A stretch of 64,000 bases of DNA. It comes from Octopus sinensis (Eukaryota). A program made the translations under genes and the position numbers. The notes under the pieces were generated by a model. It was given only the letters and a program-made list of their open reading frames with translations, had not been told where the DNA came from and did not search any database. The stretch spans positions 3,348,001-3,412,000 of the forward strand of contig NC_043020.1 in the NCBI RefSeq assembly GCF_006345805.1, given 5' to 3'. Of this stretch, positions 53,793-64,000 are shown one piece after another (the stretch's first letter is position 1; each line of letters begins with the position of its first letter).

Positions 53793-53954
53793 ATCAGAAT
53801 GAACATTTAACATTCTACTATTTCATTTTATTTTATTCAATTATAATATATTATCTTATAATATATCATTATAAGATTGTAAATAAAACGTGAAAATCAG
53901 ACAAGGTTGGAATTCTTTTTATTAATATATTCTTCTATACACAATCACACACAC

Positions 53955-54005
<51 letters not shown>

Positions 54006-54102
54006 ACGGGAAGATTTACGAAAATAAACAAAAGACGAAAGCAGGTGGAGTACAAACAAACAATTGTATTAGTATGGTGCTCAGGAATAAAAATAAAACA
54101 AG

Positions 54103-54140
54103 TCTTTTACGTTTCGAGCCTACGCTCTTCAACAGAAAGA
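54103..54140 (-). ncRNA. Hammerhead-like motif with A6U core in a Penelope-type terminal repeat; relatives at 1569-1604 (+) and 16662-16699 (-, decayed)
   Basis: UCUUU-CUGUUGA-A-GAGC guag GCUC-GAAA-CG-UA-AAAGA. Confidence 0.45.
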
Positions 54141-56625
54141 TACATAGAAAAGAAACAAGGAGAGAAAAAATGCGTGTAGGAGCTAACGGTCCAATATATA
54201 ACAGTTACGTTGGAACAGGTGATATGGGCAAGTGCAGCATTAACAAAACATTTGTGGAGTAATTTTAAAGCTTTGCAGAAACAGCAATTTGAGTCCAGCA
54301 CACCAATTGTTTCAAGCATTGTCGTTCAGTGCTTGAAACGGGGAGTAGAAGGACAGACGACAACTGATGAAGGGTCGTCTTTTACGTTACTTGTCTTGTC
54401 TTCCAGTTGTTTCTCTCGTTGTTTGCGTACCCAATTTTATTTTCGTATTTCATGTTATGTTTTGTGACGTCCTGTGCCCATATATGCATATATATATATC
54501 ATCATCATACGTCCGTTTTCCATGCTAGCATGGGTTGGATGGTTCGATTGGGGTCTGGGAAGTCAGGAGGCTGCACCAAGCTCCAGTCTGATCTGGCAGT
54601 GTTTCTACAGTTGGATGCCCTTCCTAATGCCAACCACTCCGTGAGTGTAGTGGGTGTTTTTTACGTGCCACCGGTACAGGGGCCAGAGCAGGCTGGCAAA
54701 CGGCCACGATCGGTTGGTGCTTTTACGTGTCACCAACACGAACACCAGTCAGGCAGCACTGGCATCTGCTACATTTGGACGGTGCTTTTTACGTGTCACC
54801 AGCATGGGTGATGTCACTGGCACGGGTATATATATATATGATTTGATTGAATGCCACGCATCCATTTCCAAGTAAGTTTATGTATATAAAAATGTAGTTA
54901 TTGGACTGTGACCACAGGTTGTCTCTACCTTCAATGGTTTCAGTGATTCTACTCATTATTTATACTCGATCACTTACTAAATGTTTAATCACTGTCAGTG
55001 CTTAAACCATTTTGTTTCCAATGGAATGAGTTCTGCATCATTTAGAACCAATATATTGGGTTGCCTTAACTGTGGTTGGACAGATGGACTCAAATGTCAG
55101 TATTGGAAACAAAGCAAGTGTATTCATTGATGACCTGTAACATTTTCATGTGATCCATTTGCAGCTAAGTGGATTGATTTAAAAAAAAAAAATTATTTAG
55201 AGATGAAATGTCTTCACTTTGTCACAGCATGCCACTGTTCTTGTGAACATGAACTATCAGCTCCTTTACTAATTAGCTGGCACTCAACCAGCTTACTAAT
55301 CTGATGTTCTATATACATTATATATATGGAGCTAGTACGCTTACAATGACTTGGCATTGTCCCAGCATGCCTAGCTAGACCAGTATCTACATTAATACAA
55401 AAGTACAAATGATGTACTTTTTTGTATGTTCCAAATTGGTTTGGGTTTTCTGATTCACATTTTGTCTGCAGCTCTCAGTTGTACCCTGTTAATAAATAAA
55501 GCTGCAACAAGGTCAGAGATGGTTTATTGTAAATTATTTCCCAGTTTTTAAAACCATTATTTGTGATAGAGACAGGGTTGTATGCTCAGCTGATTACAGT
55601 GGCTTAATCTTCATCATAATCCTTTTTCATGCTTGCATGGGACTTAAGGCAGTGTTTCATGGCCAGATGCCCTTCCTGGCACCAACCTTTTTAGTGTCTT
55701 ACAATACCTCGGGATATGTGTAACTATTCTACAAACCAACATACATGTAATGTCTGTGATTAGAATGTTTTTTACATAAGAACCAAGAAGCCAGATTTTT
55801 GGAGAGGATTTTATTGAGGAAAGGCTTCAACCAGGAATTAATACTTATCTTGAATATTTAATTAAAATAATTAAGAGCAGTCTTTCTGTCTCTCTCTCTT
55901 CTCATCTCTTGTGTTTTATTCTGTTCCATTCTTCAAATACTTCTTCACATTACAACCTGATGTGGGGGCTTATCTCTGAAATCATTTGACCTGCTAGAAA
56001 TACCTAAATAGCTTCAAATCACACCTTATCATCTTTAAAAAAATGGTATCTGCATAACAAAGTTTTTCCACATGCTATAAGCTTGGAGGATCTTGACTGA
56101 AATCCTTTCTGCCACATGTCTGTGAAGCTTGATCCAGGTAAACCTATTGCTTATAAATCAGATAAACATTTGGATCCAGTCTTTCTACAATCCTAAGCCT
56201 GAAACGGATCAATGTCTAACTTCAGTCAATTTCCCCCCATTTTATAAGGATCTCAAAAGGGTTTAAACACTTCTTGTTCTTCTCTTTCCAAACTTAGTGT
56301 TTTTTTTTTTTACTAGGAAGATCTTAAATATCAGTTTATTTTTAAATAGTCAAACTACTTTTTCTTTAAGGAATAAACAGTTGAATTAATATTGACACAC
56401 GTGTATTACTGGTACTTTATTTCACTGAAATTCTAGTAGTGAATGTAATGTGATTTCATCTCAGACTCTGTGTGTGTGTTTATGTATTTGTTTTGCAAGA
56501 TTATTGATGTGAAATTGTAGGTTGAAACAGATATTGTTATTACTTGGGCAGGGTGGTCATAGTTTGCCAATTAAACACAGTGCATGTGTTTAATTGGCAA
56601 AATATGGCCATCCCTAAGTAAAACA

Positions 56626-56658
<33 letters not shown>

Positions 56659-57074
56659 ACTCCCAAAACAAGAAAGAATTGCCCATGTTAAATTTATATG
56701 TATAGATTATGTACTTGACCAAGGAAATTTTATGAAAAATTTGTAAAAATTTAACCTCTTGATATTTTCTAATGATTTTGTTTTTTAACTTTTAGCCTTT
56801 ATTGTGTGTTTTATGTTGTCACCTGACCTATTGCAGGATTCACCAAATCTCCTCCCTCAAAGTACACACTGCCATCTTAAAAAGATTGTCGGGACATGTT
56901 GATTAATGTAATCCTAGATCTGTTGTGTTCCGAGTGAAAGACAGGGAATGGTTCCACTTGGAATCCTTGTCATTTGGTTTCTCTCAATTACGATTGACCC
57001 AAGACTAATCATTTGTCCCATCTCTAAAATGTGTAGCTTGAGATAGTATTTGCCTTTTGTTTTCTTCTCTGCAG

Positions 57075-57215
57075 AAACCCCAAATTGCAGTACTGTGGAT
57101 ACCCCAAAGGAATGCGTACCGTTTAAAGTAGTATTTAATAAACAGAAATTTGATGTTGAGTTCGATTTGGATAAAACAATCAGCCAAGTGAAGACCGGCA
57201 TTGAAAAAATTATTG
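57075..57215 (+). CDS. UBFD1: UBFD1 exon 3 (start of ubiquitin-like domain)
   Basis: FKVVFNKQKFDVEFDLDKTISQVKTGIEKIIG (cf. human LKIIWNKTKHDVKFPLDSTGSELKQKI). GCAG acceptor, G|GTAAG donor. Confidence 0.92.
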
Positions 57216-57872
57216 GTAAGTTCCTGAGGGCTTCTTATAAATTGTCTTTTGGTCATGCACATCTTTTGCTGTATTTGTTGCAATTTCTTTATTTTCATCA
57301 TTTCTTATTTATTGTTACTTCTCAGTCTGTGACGTTTGATGAGTGTCACATAAAAAATGCTACACACACACATGCAATGATACAAATGTCTGCCACTAAG
57401 ATCCTGGCAATGTTACCTGTTTGGTTATTGTAGGTTCTTCCCAATATTTGCTCTTAGAAAGTAGACTCAGCCGTTGAAACATGAAACAAGAACGAAGCCA
57501 GGAGCTGAGTTTCTGTGATCTACCACCAGGTGGTGATCAAAATTCAATTCTGATTATTATTGTCATTCCTGTCCATGCATTTTCTAAATGGTATTTTGTC
57601 CCCAAACTCATCATCCCCTTATATGTAATCATGCATCCATCCATGCCTCCCAATACATTCACATTGATGTATAATTACATTCCTGTCTAAGCATTATTCT
57701 AAATGGCATTTTGGCCCACAAATGATGTTTGCCAACACTGACAATTTTTCATGTTATTGCAAATTAAGAATATCATTTAATAAAATATCCATTTAATCCT
57801 TGCCACTTTGCATGTTATTTCCCTATTCTATAAAGCCTAATCATATTCACAGACTAATTCATCTCAGTACCT

Positions 57873-57920
<48 letters not shown>

Positions 57921-59891
57921 AATATATATCCTCCATAAGGCACCAACCTGGCAGAATTGTTCGTTCAGTGGCATTTTGTCTGTCTTTTACTTTCTGAATT
58001 CAGATGTCACTGGGGTTGACTTTGCCTTTCATCCTTTTGGGGTTGATAAAATAAGTACCAGTCAAACACTGGGGGATCAATGTAATTGACTTAATTCCTC
58101 CGAGGAAATTGCTGGCCTTGTGCCAAAATTTGAAACCAATACCTATATCATCCATCTGCATACTATATTTGCAGCACTTTGTACAGCTGGTGTCTGAGTG
58201 ATTTATTCTCTAAAATAGGCCAGTTTTTTTACACACTAGTGAACTCTTTCTTCTCTTCTCACTGTTTAGTCAGAGAGGGAGGGGCAGCACCCATTACTGT
58301 TTATTTTTGTAGAGCCTCTGAGACTAGTGAGAGGATGTTCTCAAACTGGAAACTTCACCCAAATGCTTGCATTAAGATGGAATTCTGCTAAAGACAAAGT
58401 AGTAATCTTAACTGGGGACCACGCAAAAAACTCCAGATGCAAAGAGTTGGAATAAATACCAAAAGGCATCTTTGTTTGATGCTTTAGCAGTTCTATAATA
58501 TTTTATTGACCCCAAAATGATTAAAAGCAAAGTATGACTCAGCAGGATTTGAACTCAGAATGCAGAGAGTTGGAATATATTCTGTAAGGTATTTAATTCT
58601 CTGTCAAATCAGCTGAATGTATTTGGGAGAGAAGTTTATGCTTCGCTGAAGAGATCTGATATGAGGAAAATGTGTCTTGAGTTATTTCCCTTGTATCATT
58701 AAAATAAACTTAACTAAAATTGTATTTTATTCAATGTATAAATTATTTCTAGTTGACTTTTAACTACCTGCCTCCCTTGGGCTTGACTTGACACTAATCC
58801 AGCAACTCCTTTGGATCACACTAGCATGGTTGTGAGGGAGATTCTAGCACCTGGGTGACTTAGGACCTCCATATACCTAACCCAGACTTATGTCCTGGAG
58901 CATTTACTGGCCAGTAGTGCAGACTCCATTGTCTTTTGAGATGGACAGATGCCAGCACAGAACTCCAGTTCCCTCAAATGTCTAATGGGTGTTGGTGGAG
59001 ATTGCTTGTCCTAGGCAAAATGAAGCACAAACTTTGGAAGTTTGCTAAAAAGTTAATATTATACCAAAAAATAGGGTTTGAGTCCATTATATATGGGCCT
59101 GGGTTGTTAAGCATTTTTCCATTTGTGACATTCCTCACACTCACTACTGCCATCATTTTATTGACCCCAAAATGATTAAAGGCAGAGTAAAATCAAAAAG
59201 GTACTGACTGGACTATCATATTCCTCATCTGTTAATGTCCGTGTCCCATACTGACTTGGGTTGGATGGTTTAAACAGGATTCAGTTAGCCCAAGGACTGC
59301 ATCATGCTCTAGTGTCTGCTTTGACATGGTTTCTATAACTGGATGTCCTTCGGAATGCTGTCCACTTTACACACAACGTCCACTGGGTGCTTTTTTTTTT
59401 TTTACTAACAGCACTAGTGAAGTTCTCATGCAACTTGCTTGACTACAAACCTAGAGTTTGGGAAGAGGAACTTCGTGTTAAGAGAATAAGGATTAGGGAG
59501 AGATAAAGGGCCAGAGCAGAACTGGTTTCTTGCTGAAGAGGAGCTATATAACTTCTCACATTTTGGAAGAGATGGAGGAACTGGAAAGTTTGTAAGTGGT
59601 GATGAGGTATGAGGTGGGTAGGAATGACCGGGGCAGGGGTGTCAGGAGTGAATGGAGGGAGTGGCAGATGTCTGGTACAGAGCAATAAAGGATGCAGTGG
59701 TTATGGTTTTCTCAATTAGAGCCGACTAGAACCTAAACAACAACAACAACATAGTTTGTCACCTCAGTTACTCCCAATTTTTAACCTATCTCTCTCTTTC
59801 TCTGACCATTGGTTTCAGTTGTCACCAGCAGACCAGTTAGATTCTCTTCTGTTTTTCACTTAACTGTTTTTTTCCCCTTCTCTTATTCCAG

Positions 59892-59927
59892 GTGTTCCTG
59901 CTACCATGCAAAAAATTATGTTTAAAG
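59892..59927 (+). CDS. UBFD1: UBFD1 exon 4 (36 nt)
   Basis: GVPATMQKIMFKG (cf. human GLPPAMQKVMYKG). CCAG acceptor, G|GTATTT donor. Confidence 0.93.
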
Positions 59928-60211
59928 GTATTTAAAATTATTTCATTAAACTGTGTGCTGTGAGAAATGGATTTGTTTAGATGTGTAAAGAAGTATGGCT
60001 TCTGGGAAAAGTATGTGTGTATGAGGGGGTGGGGCTGAAAAGTTCCTGGTTTTGGGTAAAAGAAAATGCAGGAGGATCAGTTAATTATGATTTTATTGGA
60101 CATATCCCCCTCTCAGATTCACATACTAATTGCAGGGGTCCTTCAGTTTTTCTAAGCCTTGTAAAAGAAGGAAGGAAGGTTGGTCTTCCAACCAGGCCTT
60201 TTTGCGATACC

Positions 60212-60428
60212 TTAACCCTTTAGTATTTAAACTGGCCAAAATAGTTAATCTGTTTTATGTTCAAACTGACCAGATCCAGGCTCTCACACCTACCCTACAA
60301 TGTTATTCTACATTAAGTAATTACACCATCAAGATCTTGAAGATATGAGATAATGCATGATTAATTCAAATCAATGGGAATCAATAGGCATTATGTTTGA
60401 TAGAATAACCTGAACGCTAAAGGGTTAA
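60212..60428. mobile_element. TTAA-flanked piggyBac-type MITE; relatives at 19724-19952 and 32534-32759
   Basis: TTAA-CCCTTTAG ... CTAAAGGG-TTAA. Confidence 0.75.
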
Positions 60429-60632
60429 AGCTGTATGGGTCATAGATAGTTTGTACCTTCTGAGTAAACCTTTGATAATTTTGTTACGTGCTATATTTTG
60501 CATATATATTTAATTTGTGCATTTTCCGTAGATTCTGTCAAAATAAACCTCAATGTTTAAATTTTGTAAATAAGGATTTAATTTTTCTCTTTCTTCTGTC
60601 ACCAAACACAAACAAAAAACAAAAACCATCAG

Positions 60633-60805
60633 GTTTAGCAAGAGACGATATGACATTGAGGGAGCTGAAAGTGACCAAAGGTGCCAAAATGCTTGTGGTT
60701 GGTTCCACTTTAACTGATGTTCTTTCTGTGAGTACTCCCACAGGGGAAGATAAAGATGAAACCAAAGAGGCTGCCACTTCAAAAGAGCCTTTATCTCAAC
60801 AAAAG
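60633..60805 (+). CDS. UBFD1: UBFD1 exon 5
   Basis: LARDDMTLRELKVTKGAKMLVVGSTLTDVLSVSTP..KEPLSQQK. Donor AAG|GTAAGA. Confidence 0.95.
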
Positions 60806-60859
60806 GTAAGATTTCTTAAACTGCTGTCCTCCCTTATAATTTGATTATACGCCCACTTA

Positions 60860-61383
60860 TGCGTACCTTTCCTTCATTGGACACTAAACTCTGCTTACGA
60901 AGACCTGTTGAGGCAAGTGAAATCGAATTCAAGTTCAATGACTGTCATCCGTGCTAGTGGAGCGCTAAGAGTACCATCCGAGCGTGACCGTTGCCAGAGC
61001 AACAAACTGGCTTCCGTGCTGATGGCACGTAAAAAGCACTACTAGAGTGTGATCATTACCAGCGTTGCCTTACTGGCACCTGAAAAAAACATTCGTGCGA
61101 GGTCGTTGCCAGTGCCGCTGGACTGGCTCCTGTGCAGGTGGCACATAAAAAGCACCATTTGAGCATAGCGGTTGCCAGTACTGCCTGACTGGCCCTTGTG
61201 CTGGTGGCACGTAAAAGCACCCACTACACTCTCGGAGTGGTTGGCGTTAGGAAGGGCATCCAGCTGTAGAAACTCTGCCAGATCAGATTGGAGCCTGGTG
61301 CGGCCATCTGGTTCGCCAGACCTCAGTCAAATCGTTCAACCCATGCTAGCATGGAAAGCGGACGTTAAACGATGATGATGATG
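60860..61383 (+). mobile_element. Non-autonomous element with RTE-like 3' tail (..CATGGAAAGCGGACGTTAAAC(GAT)n) and variable ~65-70 bp internal tandem units; copies at 23590-23925, 32170-32535, 44560-44880, 46410-46820, 54500-54830(-)
   Basis: Shared tail and repeated TGGCACGTAAAAAGCACC units seen directly. Confidence 0.8.
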
Positions 61384-61569
61384 TGTTTGTATATATGTGC
61401 ATGAATGTATGTATATATATATGTATATATACATACATATATATATATATTATATATATATACATATATATATATATGTATATATACATACATATATATA
61501 TATATTATATATATATATATTATATATATATACATATATATATGTATATATATATATGTATATGTGTTT

Positions 61570-62024
61570 ATACATGTATATATATATACACACATATCTC
61601 TATCTTCTTTATTTATTTATTCTTCACTCTGATGAAGCTCGTTGTTTCAGATTGGTTTTATTACCAAATATGATTAATATTTGTACATATTTTGAATATC
61701 AATGGCAATATCATATAACATTGGAGGCAGAAACAGCTGTTAGATGGGATGCAGTCTGTTTGCATTGGAGTAGTAAATAATAATTGATGTAAGTCAATTG
61801 TTGTTAGTCAGTAGTTCTCCATTTCCAGTTTTCTTTAAATTTTGGTTCTTGATAAACCCAGGTTTACCCTTGTCTTATAACTTACGAACATAATATGTTT
61901 GCATATGTATGCCAATGGTTTAATATAGGTAATATATGGGTAGTGTAATGGACACTGCTATCCCATAGACAGTTATTTTAACCTCTAACTCAACTAACCC
62001 ATATATATGTCTGTGTGTGTGTAC

Positions 62025-62055
<31 letters not shown>

Positions 62056-62331
62056 GAGGCGCAATGGCCCAGTGGTTAGGGCAGCAGACTCGCAGTCGCA
62101 GGATCGCGGTTTCGATTCCCAGACAGGGCGTTGTGAATGTTTATTGAGCGAAAACACCTAACAGCTCCACGACGCTCCGGTAGGGGGTGGCGATCCCTGC
62201 TGTACCCCTTCACCACTGTTTCTTCTGTTGGCCTGCTCACTTAGCCAGCGGGGTGGCGTCATTCGGAGGCTAAAACAATGCAAACGCATTGTGACCAGCG
62301 ATGTGTAACAACATTTGATGGTCTGGTCGGT

Positions 62332-62378
<47 letters not shown>

Positions 62379-62813
62379 CACACATATCTCTATCTTCTTT
62401 ATTTATTTATTCTTCACTCTGATGAAGCTCGTTGTTTCAGATTGGTTTTATTACCAAATATGATTAATATTTGTACATATTTTGAATATCAATGGCAATA
62501 TCATATAACATTGGAGGCAGAAACAGCTGTTAGATGGGATGCAGTCTGTTTGCATTGGAGTAGTAAATAATAATTGATGTAAGTCAATTGTTGTTAGTCA
62601 GTAGTTCTCCATTTCCAGTTTTCTTTAAATTTTGGTTCTTGATAAACCCAGGTTTACCCTTGTCTTATAACTTACGAACATAATATGTTTGCATATGTAT
62701 GCCAATGGTTTAATATAGGTAATATATGGGTAGTGTAATGGACACTGCTATCCATAGACAGTTATTTTAACCTCTAACTCAACTAACCCATATATATGTC
62801 TGTGTGTGTGTAC

Positions 62814-62846
<33 letters not shown>

Positions 62847-63122
62847 GAGGCGCAATGGCCCAGTGGTTAGGGCAGCAGACTCGCAGTCGCAGGATCGCGG
62901 TTTCGATTCCCAGACAGGGCGTTGTGAATGTTTATTGAGCGAAAACACCTAACAGCTCCACGACGCTCCGGTAGGGGGTGGCGATCCCTGCTGTACCCCT
63001 TCACCACTGTTTCTTCTGTTGGCCTGCTCACTTAGCCAGCGGGGTGGCGTCATTCGGAGGCTAAAACAATGCAAACGCATTGTGACCAGCGATGTGTAAC
63101 AACATTTGATGGTCTGGTCGGT

Positions 63123-63131
<9 letters not shown>
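61570..63131. repeat. ~790-bp direct tandem duplication in UBFD1 intron 5
   Basis: The two units differ only by homopolymer and microsatellite length. Confidence 0.95.
62055..62340 (+). mobile_element. tRNA-derived SINE, duplicated at 62846-63130
   Basis: A box TGGCCCAGTGG and B box GGTTTCGATTCC, followed by a ~200-bp non-tRNA body ending in (TA)n. Confidence 0.8.
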
Positions 63132-63167
<36 letters not shown>

Positions 63168-63293
63168 CACACACACATACACACACAACAGACAAAATGT
63201 AAGCTGGAGTGGGAAAGGAAGGGCAATGCTCAAAATTCTTTTGAATTATTTTCTGAATATTCGTCTTATTGATTTATCTTGTTTCTATGACAG

Positions 63294-63468
63294 GTACATA
63301 AAAAAGTATTGGAGAAATACAATAAGCCTGAGGATGTGCTGCCAGGCTTTCAGGGCAAGAAATATCCACTGCCTTCTCAACCAATTTCCGGAATGTACAA
63401 TAAGTCTGGCGGCAAAGTACGGCTTACCTTTAAATTAGAACTTGATCAGTTATGGATAGGTACAAAAG
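63294..63468 (+). CDS. UBFD1: UBFD1 exon 6 (PH-like domain start); gene continues past the window
   Basis: VHKKVLEKYNKPEDVLP..PISGMYNKSGGKVRLTFKLELDQLWIGTK, nearly identical to the recalled human UBFD1 segment. Confidence 0.96.
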
Positions 63469-64000
63469 GTATGTATTTTTTTAAACTAGGTACAGCAATG
63501 GATTGGTAACAGTCATTGATTAGTCCCCAGTTGTTCAAACCTATCTGAAAATATTTCAGCCACAGTATTTTTTAAAATTTTGTTTTAATTTTTTAAGGGT
63601 GTGATTTTGATGGATATTTGGCTGCTATTTCTAGCTAGTTAAGCCACTTTTTAGCCTCTTCCTTGTTGGCATGTACAGTTTGTTAGAACTGTGTGTGAGA
63701 CAGTATTATGTGTTTGAATTTGTAAATGTTTTGGATATGCTTGTGTTTGTGTGTGGTTTGTATGTTAGGATGTACATATTTGCAATGATACTTTGTGCAT
63801 ACATATCCAAAAATGTACACTTGTCTCATAGATATGTGCATTAATGGTACATGTATATAGTAGCTAGTGTGTAATATTTTGAACAAAAGCCCTCATTCAG
63901 AGGGAGAAATTCCAAATGATCAGTATAGCACTGGCAAAATAAGTTTACTGAACCTGTTTGTGTATTTATTTTCATGTCGTGGTGAACAGTAGCACCATTT

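Noticed and set aside
60980-61225. Regularly spaced TGGCACGTAAAAAGCACC units resembling a CRISPR array
   Set aside because: Eukaryotic context; the 'spacers' are homologous to each other; this is the internal tandem repeat of a dispersed retroelement; no cas genes.
61628-61660. CTGATGA as a hammerhead core (also 62418 and 54364)
   Set aside because: No downstream GAAA or stem III arrangement; at most a decayed relic.
62055-62130. tRNA gene
   Set aside because: No proper acceptor stem; continues into a SINE body with a (TA)n tail.

Overview
AT-rich, microsatellite- and SINE-dense eukaryotic genomic DNA. The repeat complement suggests a coleoid cephalopod, probably Octopus (inference). Genes reconstructed by hand with phase-consistent GT-AG splicing: the last exon of an ELKS/ERC1-type gene (+, 952-1110); complete FARS2 (-, 6 coding exons, 26302-34309, ~437 aa); complete LYRM4/ISD11 (+, 3 exons, 35186-39894, 83 aa), head-to-head with FARS2 as in human; and the first six coding exons of UBFD1 (+, 47761-63468, continuing beyond the window). 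The rest is SINEs (Meta-, CORE- and RTE-tail types), CR1/RTE/Penelope fragments, hAT, piggyBac-type and Tc1/mariner derivatives, and many fold-back palindromes. The most unusual signal is a set of minimal type-I hammerhead-ribozyme (HHR) folds with self-complementary stem III. Several sit in spacer-less fold-back elements that carry the motif on both strands. Two families have non-canonical cores: a reciprocal G3:C8 swap and an A6U change. All RNA folds were read by eye, and no activity or database search was available.
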